64,000 nt of DNA, taken from NCBI GenBank assembly GCA_965223485.1, contig OZ244993.1:177438-241437 (forward strand), given 5' to 3'. The DNA is from Rhodothermales bacterium (GTDB taxonomy: Bacteria; Bacteroidota; Rhodothermia; Rhodothermales; VXPQ01). Every line of letters starts with the position of its first letter. Position 1 is the first letter of the stretch. The notes under the pieces were generated by a model, which saw only the letters and a program-made list of their open reading frames with translations, searched no databases and was not told the origin of the DNA. Positions 17,679 to 25,511 of this stretch are shown here, piece by piece. A program made the translations under genes and the position numbers.

Positions 17679-19217
17679 CTACTGCCCCGACCTTGCGGCG
17701 CGCAGCGTCCTGTAACGATCCAGAATATCCCTTACTTTTTCAGTGTCTCCTATCCGGCGATACAGGTTGCCCATGAGCGCGAGGTAGGCAAGCTGATTTT
17801 CCCATTGCATCGCATCGAACACTTTTTCGATCCGGGGCTCCAGCAACCGGGCCTGCTCCGGATTGTAGCGCGCAAGCCGCAACGCTTCGACAAAGGCCCT
17901 GCCGGTATACTGGCTCCCGACTTCGGTTACCTGCAGCAGATAGGTGAACGCCATGGCAGAGGCGCCCTCCCGCCGGTGCTCCAGGGCGCGTTCGAAGAGC
18001 GTCGTAGCATATGTCTGCCGCAGATCGTCCACGAATTCGGGATACGGCGCTCTTTGCGTTTCGCTGCTATCGGCAACGAGATTCCACAGAACTTGCAGGG
18101 TATCCAGAGCGCCTTCCTGGTCGTCATGCTCCCAGGACAGCAATGCATGATTGTAACTGGCCTCCATACGTGCGGATGTTTGCGTCAGGCGAGGAATCAG
18201 CCAGGCCAGTCCTTGTTGTGCTCCGGAAGGATCGGTGGCGAACAGTGTTTGCAGGCTGTCATAGACCAACCGGTTCTCGAAATTATGGTGGTCCCACAGG
18301 ACCCAGCCCATTTCGTTGCGGGCATAGTCTTCCTGCTCGGATGTGGTCGTATACTCCTGTGCCAGGGACAGGGCATGGCGCACTCCCTCTCCATCCCGGC
18401 TTTCAACAAACGCACGATACGAGCGGACATAATAGGTAAAAAGCGTAAGGCTATCCGGCGGCGGGCGCTCCGTGTCCGGCACAAAAGCGAGGCGGGAATC
18501 GTCCAGAACGGCTTCCGTAGCTTGCAACCACGTGAGTGCGCTGGCAGGAAATTGATTCAGGTTTTCCAGAACGACAGCCACTTCCGCCCACAGGGCGTGA
18601 TCGTCGGCGCGGAGAGCCAGTAATCCCCGCAGCAATGTGAGCACTTCCTCCCACGCCTCCTCTTGCCTCAGCCATTGGGCCCGAACACTGTAAACCTGAG
18701 CCAGCTGGTGGCGTGCATCCTCATGCCGCGGATTGAGAGCCAATGCGTTTTCAAAAAACTGCTGAGACTGTGCAAGAAGCGTCCGAACGCGCAGGCTGTC
18801 CTGCTGCGCCTGGGCCTGGGTCGCTTCTATGAGTGCCAGTTGGGCCTGCGTATGGGCTTCCGTAAACGCCGTCGTGTCGACCGGTGCAGTGTTCGTAGAG
18901 TCGTCCGACGCATCCAGCGACGCAAGAGGCGGATCCCCGTTCAACTGGCTCAGGGTGTTGTTTATGCGCTCAAACAAGGCACGGCCTTCCAGGAAGTTTT
19001 CCTCTGCTTCGGTTTCTGCCAGAACGTGCACAAAGGTGCTGTGGAACGAATTCAGCACATCCGCAATAACCAGGCTATCCACGCCAGGCAGAGGGGGCGA
19101 AACCGGGGCCGTGGGAACAGGATCACTCTCGGTGATCACCGTCTTCGAGGAGCCACACCCCCATAGAAATGCGAGACACAGTGCGCCTGCCGCCGGAAGT
19201 ATTGCGAATCGATGCAT
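17679..19217 (-). CDS. TPR-like helical-repeat lipoprotein (512 aa).
   Basis: Lipobox LAFLWG/C at the N-terminus. The body is long, Ala/Leu/Gln/Glu-rich and helical, with TPR-like stretches (ALALNPRHEDARHQLAQVY...). Last gene of a tightly spaced minus-strand operon. Confidence 0.55.
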   Translation of the reverse strand: MHRFAILPAAGALCLAFLWGCGSSKTVITESDPVPTAPVSPPLPGVDSLVIADVLNSFHSTFVHVLAETEAEENFLEGRALFERINNTLSQLNGDPPLASLDASDDSTNTAPVDTTAFTEAHTQAQLALIEATQAQAQQDSLRVRTLLAQSQQFFENALALNPRHEDARHQLAQVYSVRAQWLRQEEAWEEVLTLLRGLLALRADDHALWAEVAVVLENLNQFPASALTWLQATEAVLDDSRLAFVPDTERPPPDSLTLFTYYVRSYRAFVESRDGEGVRHALSLAQEYTTTSEQEDYARNEMGWVLWDHHNFENRLVYDSLQTLFATDPSGAQQGLAWLIPRLTQTSARMEASYNHALLSWEHDDQEGALDTLQVLWNLVADSSETQRAPYPEFVDDLRQTYATTLFERALEHRREGASAMAFTYLLQVTEVGSQYTGRAFVEALRLARYNPEQARLLEPRIEKVFDAMQWENQLAYLALMGNLYRRIGDTEKVRDILDRYRTLRAARSGQ

Positions 19218-19229
19218 AACGAACCTGCC

Positions 19230-19604
19230 TCAGGAAGGTGTAATAGGTACAACCAGAACGAGAAAAACAGCTTGTCTTCCGGCTCTTTGCACGAGGCTGT
19301 TCGCATTGAGCATCAGGTATGCGGGAGCATCCTTGTCGGCCGTGAACTCGACCGTGCGATCCGGATGACTCGCAACCAGCATGGCATAGAAATCGGCAGG
19401 GTCAAGTACCACAGGAGGCCCGTCCCTTGCGGGAGTAAGAAATGTTCCATCATTCGATATGGCCACCTGAAGAGGCTGGAGCTGAGGCAGCCCGGCTTCC
19501 GCCTCCCGGCTCGTGGGCGGCTCCACCTCGAATGTGGGAACGGTACTGATCGCCACGAGCGTGGCCAGCAGAATGAGTACGATGTCTACCAGGGATTCAT
19601 CCAT
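19230..19604 (-). CDS. ExbD/TolR-like biopolymer transport protein (124 aa).
   Basis: The internal ATG at 19604 gives MDESLVDIVLILLATLVAIS (an ExbD-type N-terminal TM helix). The periplasmic part ends ...VEFTADKDAPAYLMLNANSLVQRAGRQAVFLV, which resembles the ExbD signature. It starts 7 bp after the upstream gene's stop. Confidence 0.55.
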   Translation of the reverse strand: MDESLVDIVLILLATLVAISTVPTFEVEPPTSREAEAGLPQLQPLQVAISNDGTFLTPARDGPPVVLDPADFYAMLVASHPDRTVEFTADKDAPAYLMLNANSLVQRAGRQAVFLVLVVPITPS

Positions 19605-19611
19605 CTTTAAA

Positions 19612-20739
19612 CTACATGGTTTGGCTTTCCTGCTGCCACCAGGCAAGAAAAAATTTGAAAAAATCCCTTGCCTCGGGACTTGTAGGAGAAAAATCCTCGC
19701 TCTCGACAAAGTCGACGCGTTCCAGTTCATCCCGGTCAACGATCCCCTTCTGGAAATACTGGGCGCGCTTCTGAAATCCAGGATCGACGAAGTAGTAAAT
19801 ATCGCCTTCCTTGATTAGAGCGATCCGAATTTCCCTGTTGGAGGGCGTATACATGATCTGTATCTCGGAGGGCTCGGCCTCGATCATGGTTTGCGCCTTG
19901 GCGCTGATCGCCGGGGGGGCAAAATGGAAGAGCGATCTGATCCCGGGATCCAGTTCGGCCTGATTATTCATGATCCATTGCAAAAGAGAGTCCGAGGGAA
20001 CGGAAATATCTCCTTCGCCAAGAGCCAGATTGTTCATGCGGGCTCCCGAACCGGACGAAGACTCCAGCGACATCTCGCCCGCCCCTCCGGTGGCCCGAAT
20101 CGTTGCCCGACCAGACCCATCAGAGAAGGAGAGCCCATCCAAATTGCCTGTGTAGGAGCGGGAACCGCTCGATTCGCGCAAGGACGCAAAAGACTCCCCG
20201 ATAAGATTGGATGAAAGGGAGCGCGATGAACGGGAAGGATCACCGGCGTCTTGCAGCAGATCCTGTGTCAGGTCCAACCCGAAGGCAGATTGCTGGGAAG
20301 ACGACTCGGAAAAAATCGCCAGATCCTGATCCGTCAGCGAGACGACCTCCCGGTTGCTTTGTTGCGTCTCCGGCTCTCCAAGAGACACGTCGGAAAAGGA
20401 AAACGACTCAAACGCTTCGGCCATCAGCGCCTCAACGTCTTCCGTGAGAAGTTCGTCGGCCGGTGCTTCGGGATCGAGGGGTATTTCCAAAGCATCTTCT
20501 TCGTCCGGTTCAGAAGGAACTGCTTCGTCCGCAGCAGACGCCGCTTCTACTTCTTCAAGAAAAGACGACAAATCCAGGCTTTCCAACATGAGCGTCTCCA
20601 TCGCGGTCTCGGCGAATTCCCGACCGGGAATAGGTACGATGGTAAATGCCAGGGTAAAGAGCGCAGAAATGCCGATAAACAAAAACCACGAAATGCGGCG
20701 CGTTTTTCTTTCTTCTCTTTCAGACCAGGATAATGCCAT
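19612..20739 (-). CDS. Membrane-anchored, extremely acidic protein with TonB-like topology (N-terminal TM, Pro/Glu-rich spacer, unrecognised C-terminal domain).
   Basis: RRISWFLFIGISALFTLAFTIV is a TM helix. It is followed by EAVPSEPDEEDALEIPLDPEAP..., a Ser-rich middle and a C-terminal globular part. It sits between two ExbD-like genes, where Bacteroidota Ton clusters usually carry tonB. I could not recognise a TonB_C motif. Confidence 0.4.
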   Translation of the reverse strand: MALSWSEREERKTRRISWFLFIGISALFTLAFTIVPIPGREFAETAMETLMLESLDLSSFLEEVEAASAADEAVPSEPDEEDALEIPLDPEAPADELLTEDVEALMAEAFESFSFSDVSLGEPETQQSNREVVSLTDQDLAIFSESSSQQSAFGLDLTQDLLQDAGDPSRSSRSLSSNLIGESFASLRESSGSRSYTGNLDGLSFSDGSGRATIRATGGAGEMSLESSSGSGARMNNLALGEGDISVPSDSLLQWIMNNQAELDPGIRSLFHFAPPAISAKAQTMIEAEPSEIQIMYTPSNREIRIALIKEGDIYYFVDPGFQKRAQYFQKGIVDRDELERVDFVESEDFSPTSPEARDFFKFFLAWWQQESQTM

Positions 20740-20754
20740 GGAACAATGGGAAAA

Positions 20755-21138
20755 CTAATTATTGACGGTGCATTGCCAGCCACGCCGGGAGCAGAGATCG
20801 AGCATGGATACCAACTGCTGGACGGTAGCTTCGCCCTGCGGGGAAAGTACAAAGACCGTTTTCATATCCTGCCTGTATGCCTGCTCCAGACACCCCGCAA
20901 GACTTGCGAGGGTTGTGGGAACGCAGGCCGCCTCACTCTGGGGTAGCCGCAGGACCAGAAAACGCATACGGTCGTCAAACTGAACCTCATACAGCGGTAC
21001 GGGGTCGCTCTCCTCCTGCTGCCCGTCAGGAAGCGGCACCTCCACTTCAGGGGTCGTCTCGGTCAACATGAGAAAACCGACCAGGAGAATAAATCCCAGG
21101 TCGATGAAAAGAAGGAGATCGGAACGGTCTTTTTCCAT
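20755..21138 (-). CDS. ExbD/TolR-like biopolymer transport protein (127 aa).
   Basis: The ATG at 21138 gives MEKDRSDLLLFIDLGFILLVGFLML (TM). The C-terminal ...TVFVLSPQGEATVQQLVSMLDLCSRRG resembles the ExbD periplasmic domain. Confidence 0.55.
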   Translation of the reverse strand: MEKDRSDLLLFIDLGFILLVGFLMLTETTPEVEVPLPDGQQEESDPVPLYEVQFDDRMRFLVLRLPQSEAACVPTTLASLAGCLEQAYRQDMKTVFVLSPQGEATVQQLVSMLDLCSRRGWQCTVNN

Positions 21139-21149
21139 AGACAAAAATG

Positions 21150-21890
21150 TTATTGACAGGAACGGGAAGCGATGCTTCCACCTCTTGTCATACTTTCGAC
21201 GACAACACAGCCCTCGCTGTCGATGTAAGAACGAACCTCCGGTTGTTTGTGCACCATGATCACCAGCGGATCCGATTCCCGCAGGTCCGGCTGGATGCAT
21301 TGCGTAGCCTGAGGCACAAAGGTCCAAAGGTCTTCTTCGTAGTTCCAGAACGTAATATGTACGTCGTCTCCCCGCTGAAGAAGATGGATTTCCATAGGCC
21401 CTTCAGGGTAGTAGTGCAACAGAGACCCTAATATAGCCCCCGCAAGGGCCTTTTTCGCATCCTCCTCTACTTCTCCTTCGTCAGCCAGCAGGGGACTCCT
21501 GCTGCGCACTGTGTTGATTCGATAGTCCGTTTCCAGATTCAACGAGACCAGCGTATTGAGCATAGCCTCCGGAAAGTACTGGCTCAGCGAAAAGTGTTCT
21601 TCGCTGGGATAGAGCACAAGAATATCGTTCGAGCCGAACCCGTCCTCCGTGACATCCAGAAAGACCGCATGGGTATAATCGGGATCGTTCGGAAAGATGA
21701 TTTGGTCTTCCAGAAAACGATCTATGAAATCCAGGTCATATACTTCGGCGGCAGGGAGGACGCGCTGGTTCACCTTTGCTTCCTGTCCGCGGGCGCCCCA
21801 GCAAGGCAAAAGCAACAGACCTGCAAAAATAAGGGGACGGCCCATGATTCCAAACGAAATCACAAGAAATGTCTTGAGAAAATCGGACAT
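21150..21890 (-). CDS. Secreted or membrane-anchored hypothetical protein (~246 aa), first gene of the ExbD operon.
   Basis: The ATG at 21890 gives MSDFLKTFLVISFGIMGRPLIFAGLLLLPCWGARG/QEAK (signal peptide, Gln at +1). No family recognised. The longer track ORF (to 22127) would overlap the mini-paralog. Confidence 0.45.
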   Translation of the reverse strand: MSDFLKTFLVISFGIMGRPLIFAGLLLLPCWGARGQEAKVNQRVLPAAEVYDLDFIDRFLEDQIIFPNDPDYTHAVFLDVTEDGFGSNDILVLYPSEEHFSLSQYFPEAMLNTLVSLNLETDYRINTVRSRSPLLADEGEVEEDAKKALAGAILGSLLHYYPEGPMEIHLLQRGDDVHITFWNYEEDLWTFVPQATQCIQPDLRESDPLVIMVHKQPEVRSYIDSEGCVVVESMTRGGSIASRSCQ

Positions 21891-22110
21891 GGCTTCAAGT
21901 ACGCTGTGATGACGAGCGCATATCATCTCGTATAGTGATTTGCTATCAGCAAGATACGTCATGGACGGCAAGATTGTCAATCGACCGGCAGGGACACATC
22001 GCCTTCGTGCAAGTTTCACGCGCCCCGGTGGATAGAATGAGTCGCTCAGCTTTCCCCAAAAACGATTCCGGCGAATCCACATAGGTCTTACACACTCCAT
22101 GATCGACCCC

Positions 22111-22941
22111 TCAGGGTCTCTGAACAAGCGTTTCCGGAATCCTTGTGCGGTCTTTATCCTCGGCGGCGCCTATGTTCCTGCGCGGCGCATCCCACTCAAC
22201 GGACGCCGGCTCAGGAACACGGTCCGATCCCCTCGGCGAAAAACGCAAAAACACTGCGCCTTCCTCAGGCATGCGGTCCAAAGGTATCCGTACACGGCTA
22301 CGCGTGTACACCAGCGTCTCGCGACGACCCAGCTCACGACCGTCCGTACCGGCAATCAGCAGGTCCGTGTTCGCCGTACCGCCCCGGGCCGTCCACACAT
22401 ACATATAGTCGGAACCCGAAGGGGCGCCCGAAGCCGAGCAGTCCAGATCGAAGTCCGCCGAGCCCTCATACACCTCGTAGGTATCCGTACAAACGAGCGC
22501 AAGCGCACCCTTGTTAAGCACCGTCACCGTCACCTCTGCCGTCCCGTCCTCCGCATTCTCCGCGCTCGCCGTCAAACGGTACGCGTAGTCCTCGCCCGCG
22601 CCCGACAAGGAAGCCGTGAATAGCGGCGAAAGCTCGTGTGCGCTGCTCAAAAGATGGAGACCGTCGCCCGATAGCGACTCCCACTCGTACCGAATGCCCT
22701 CCTCGGGCACCGCTGCCGCAGAACACGACAGTACGATAGACGAACCCGCCTGGACTACAAGGCGAGATGGACAAGACAAAGAGAATGACTCACCCGAAGC
22801 ACCCCCGCCCTTCACGGGGAAACCCCCTTCCTCTATCACCTGGCCGTACGCCACAGATGCACAGGCCAGCAACGCGACGGCAAGTGTGCACACCATACGC
22901 CCACGTATGGCGCCAAAGCGACCGATAAGCCTCGAACACAT
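22111..22941 (-). CDS. Collapsed mini-paralog of the giant family (276 aa): signal peptide, first Ig-like domain, about half a repeat module, fused in frame to the last ~75 aa of the C-terminal module.
   Basis: ...MVCTLAVALLACASVAYG/QVIEEGGFPVKGG...VLNKGALALVCTDTYEVYEGSADFDLDCSASGAPSGSDYMYVWTARGGTANTDLLIAGTDG|RELGRRETLVYTRSRVRIPLDRMPEEGAVFLRFSPRG...WDAPRRNIGAAEDK. The junction lies near 22340. Confidence 0.8.
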   Translation of the reverse strand: MCSRLIGRFGAIRGRMVCTLAVALLACASVAYGQVIEEGGFPVKGGGASGESFSLSCPSRLVVQAGSSIVLSCSAAAVPEEGIRYEWESLSGDGLHLLSSAHELSPLFTASLSGAGEDYAYRLTASAENAEDGTAEVTVTVLNKGALALVCTDTYEVYEGSADFDLDCSASGAPSGSDYMYVWTARGGTANTDLLIAGTDGRELGRRETLVYTRSRVRIPLDRMPEEGAVFLRFSPRGSDRVPEPASVEWDAPRRNIGAAEDKDRTRIPETLVQRP

Positions 22942-23237
22942 ACCGGATTTCCCCACCGTGTTTACCGTTCCAATCCACCGAACTGAAGCACCGTGCATAG
23001 GAAGAAGAAATGCACCTTGGTGAGTCCTGGGGGTACAACTACAGCAGCAATGAAGGTATGCACCTTCTGCGGCATTTGTGATTCAAGTATACCCGACGGA
23101 AGCGTCAATATCAATCCTCGATTCATATATTTTCATATGTATTGTCTCCATTTGCTCACTGCAAAAAATGAGGGAACCGAAGCCCGGAGCCACCCATACC
23201 GTACCCCCTCACCAACACAACGCCAACCCCCCGCCCC

Positions 23238-24548
23238 ATGCGCATTACCCATGTAGAAGCCCGGGATATCCGGTTTTCCACCTCGCGGATGCTGGACGGA
23301 TCGGATGCGGTCAATGTCGATCCCGATTACTCCGCCGCATACGTTACCCTCCGAACCGATCAGGACGGCCTCGAAGGCAACGGCCTTGCATTCACATGCG
23401 GGCGCGGGACGGAGATCGTGGTCGCGATGATCCGGGCCTTTGCACCGCTCGTCGAAGGACTGACGCTCGACGAAATCCGCGAAGACATGCTGGGGTTCTG
23501 GCGGCGCCTGACTTCGGACAGCCAGATGCGGTGGCTGGGACCGGAAAAGGGGGTGATCCACCTTGCCACGGCGGCCATTACCAATGCCGTATGGGACCTG
23601 CTGGCCCGCTGCGACGAAAAACCGCTGTGGCGGTATCTGCTGGATATGCCTGTGGAAACGCTGGTGGCGTGTATCGAATTCCGGTACGTCACCGACTTGA
23701 TTACGCCGGAGGAAGCAGCGTATATGCTGCGGGCGCTCAAGCCTTCCCGTGCCTCCCGGCTCTACCACTTGCGCAAGAACGGCTATCCCGCCTACACGAC
23801 CAGCGCCGGCTGGCTGGGCTACTCCGACGAAAAGCTCCGCAATCTATGCCGCGAGGGCGTTGCGAACGGATGGACCCGCTTCAAACAAAAAGTAGGTGTG
23901 AATGTCGAGGACGACCGGCGGCGGGCGCGCATCATCCGGGAAGAGATCGGAGAAAACGGCATCCTGATGATGGATGCGAACCAGTACTGGGACGTAGACG
24001 AGGCGATTCGCCATATGAACCGCTTGCGGGAGTTCGATCCGTACTGGATCGAGGAGCCGACCAGCCCGGACGACGTGCTGGGGCATGCCGCCATCGCCAA
24101 AGCGCTCCGGCCCATTCGCGTGGCGACCGGCGAGCATGCGCAGAACCGCGTCCTGTTCAAGCAATTCCTGCAGGCGGACGCTATCGGCGTGTGCCAGATC
24201 GATGCCTGTCGCCTGGGCGGCGTAAACGAGGTACTGGCGGTGCTGCTCATGGCTGCAAAATGCGGTGTGCCGGTGTGTCCCCATGCCGGGGGAGTCGGCC
24301 TGTGCGAGTACGTACAGCACCTGTCCATCTTCGATTACGTGGCCGTGAGCGGCGGGCTGGAGCACCGCGTGCTGGAGTATGTGGATCACCTGCACGAGCA
24401 CTTTGTCCATCCCGTAACGATCAAAAACGGGAACTACGTCGTGCCGGAAACGCCCGGCTACAGCATCACGATGCACCCGGCCTCACTCGACCGGTACGAG
24501 TATCCCGTGGGGGCGGCCTGGAAGGGACAGCTACCCGCCACGTCATGA
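23238..24548 (+). CDS. fucD: L-fuconate dehydratase (enolase superfamily, mandelate racemase subgroup).
   Basis: The 436-aa ORF is collinear, as far as I recall the family, with characterised FucD: MRITHVEARDIRFSTSR...DPDYSAAYV...MDANQYWDVDEAI...DPYWIEEPTSPDD...ATGEH...CQIDACRLGG. The partner pathway genes at 40797-42540 support the call. Confidence 0.75.
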   Translation: MRITHVEARDIRFSTSRMLDGSDAVNVDPDYSAAYVTLRTDQDGLEGNGLAFTCGRGTEIVVAMIRAFAPLVEGLTLDEIREDMLGFWRRLTSDSQMRWLGPEKGVIHLATAAITNAVWDLLARCDEKPLWRYLLDMPVETLVACIEFRYVTDLITPEEAAYMLRALKPSRASRLYHLRKNGYPAYTTSAGWLGYSDEKLRNLCREGVANGWTRFKQKVGVNVEDDRRRARIIREEIGENGILMMDANQYWDVDEAIRHMNRLREFDPYWIEEPTSPDDVLGHAAIAKALRPIRVATGEHAQNRVLFKQFLQADAIGVCQIDACRLGGVNEVLAVLLMAAKCGVPVCPHAGGVGLCEYVQHLSIFDYVAVSGGLEHRVLEYVDHLHEHFVHPVTIKNGNYVVPETPGYSITMHPASLDRYEYPVGAAWKGQLPATS

Positions 24549-24609
24549 CCAGCGGCGGACCCGGAGATAGCTTGCGGATACACTCTCAACCGGCAATCCC
24601 CGGTCGGGG

Positions 24610-24641
24610 CGAAACCGGTTTCTTTCGGGTCTGTTATTTTT
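24610..24641 (+). terminator. Possible weak intrinsic terminator after fucD.
   Basis: CGAAA-CCGGTTTC-TTTCG hairpin followed by GGTCTGTTATTTTT. The stem is short, so this is weak. Confidence 0.25.
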
Positions 24642-24868
24642 GCCTTGCCGGGGCGCCTGTGTACAGCAAACAAAGGTGAACCGGCACGTCAGAGGCGGTA
24701 TGCTTCCCCTGTGAAGACCGGGAGGAGATCGGAACGAAACAAGGGAAAAACGGGTGATTATTAGATATGGCGTGTTGTAGCTGGTATCCAACGGGGCATC
24801 CAAAAAACCGCTCCACCGCGCGCCTCGCAATGAGGGCGCCGCATACCCGCTGCCGTATTGCCGATACC

Positions 24869-24944
24869 GGGGCCATAGCTCAGTTGGTAGAGCGCTACAA
24901 TGGCATTGTAGAGGTCAGGGGTTCGATTCCCCTTGGCTCCACCA
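24869..24944 (+). tRNA. tRNA-Ala: tRNA-Ala (anticodon GGC) with encoded CCA.
   Basis: Hand-folded cloverleaf. Acceptor GGGGCCA/TGGCTCC includes the G3:U70 alanine identity pair. D arm GCTC-AGTTGGTA-GAGC. Anticodon arm CTACA-ATGGCAT-TGTAG (GGC). T arm AGGGG-TTCGATT-CCCCT. Discriminator A plus CCA. Confidence 0.93.
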
Positions 24945-25011
24945 GTCCGCCGGGACAAACAGGCGGGGTAAGCGGGCATACCGTATCCGCGACCTTGCAG
25001 AACGGCGCATC

Positions 25012-25467
25012 TCAGTTTCCCGGTCGCTCGTCATCAACACCCAGGTCTTCCTCCGTTTCGAGGAAGCGGGAAGCAAAATCCGGCGAAGGCGCCGGGCACG
25101 CAGCGCTTCCGCCGAACCAGCGACGGCGGTTACGGGCAAAAAAACGGTAGACGGGATCCCGCAGTGATCGCGGGACAGCTAACGCAACGGCAAGGACCGG
25201 CCAGGGAAAGCGCAAATACCGGGCGATACGGAGGGCAGCGGAGGAAGCTGTGTAGATGCCGTCTTCGTCCACAAACACCATGCTGTCGGGGAGCGCTTCA
25301 AAATCGATTCCGGGGTCGGCGAAAGCGATAATACGGCGGGCCGCGGGAGACTGAAGACGCGCGAAGTGGAGCCGCCCGTACTTGTCCCGCTCTGCGGTCC
25401 GGCGAACGGTCGTGTTGCAGAAGTTGCAATCGCCGTCAAACAGGATGACGGGGCGGGGATCGTCCAT
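25012..25467 (-). CDS. DCC-family (DUF393) putative thiol-disulfide oxidoreductase (151 aa).
   Basis: The ATG at 25467 gives MDDPRPVILFDGDCNFCNTTVRR..., the D-C-x-x-C motif that names the family. It starts 44 bp after the stop of giant B. The track ORF's upstream extension overlaps giant B and is rejected. Confidence 0.75.
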   Translation of the reverse strand: MDDPRPVILFDGDCNFCNTTVRRTAERDKYGRLHFARLQSPAARRIIAFADPGIDFEALPDSMVFVDEDGIYTASSAALRIARYLRFPWPVLAVALAVPRSLRDPVYRFFARNRRRWFGGSAACPAPSPDFASRFLETEEDLGVDDERPGN

Positions 25468-25511
25468 CGAATCGGCCTCAAATGGCGATCGACTCTGAGA
25501 TATCCAATGGT

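Noticed and set aside
23078-24679. 533-aa plus-strand ORF overlapping fucD in another frame, plus minus-strand ORFs 23133..23768 and 23844..24476.
   Set aside because: These are Arg/Pro/Gly-rich alternative frames of a GC-rich gene. The 23238..24548 frame carries the enolase-superfamily motifs.
24945-25011. Possible bidirectional terminator hairpin (CCGCC-N10-GGCGG) between the convergent tRNA-Ala and DCC genes.
   Set aside because: The stem is only 5 bp with a 10-nt loop and no adjacent T/A tract. This is too weak to call.
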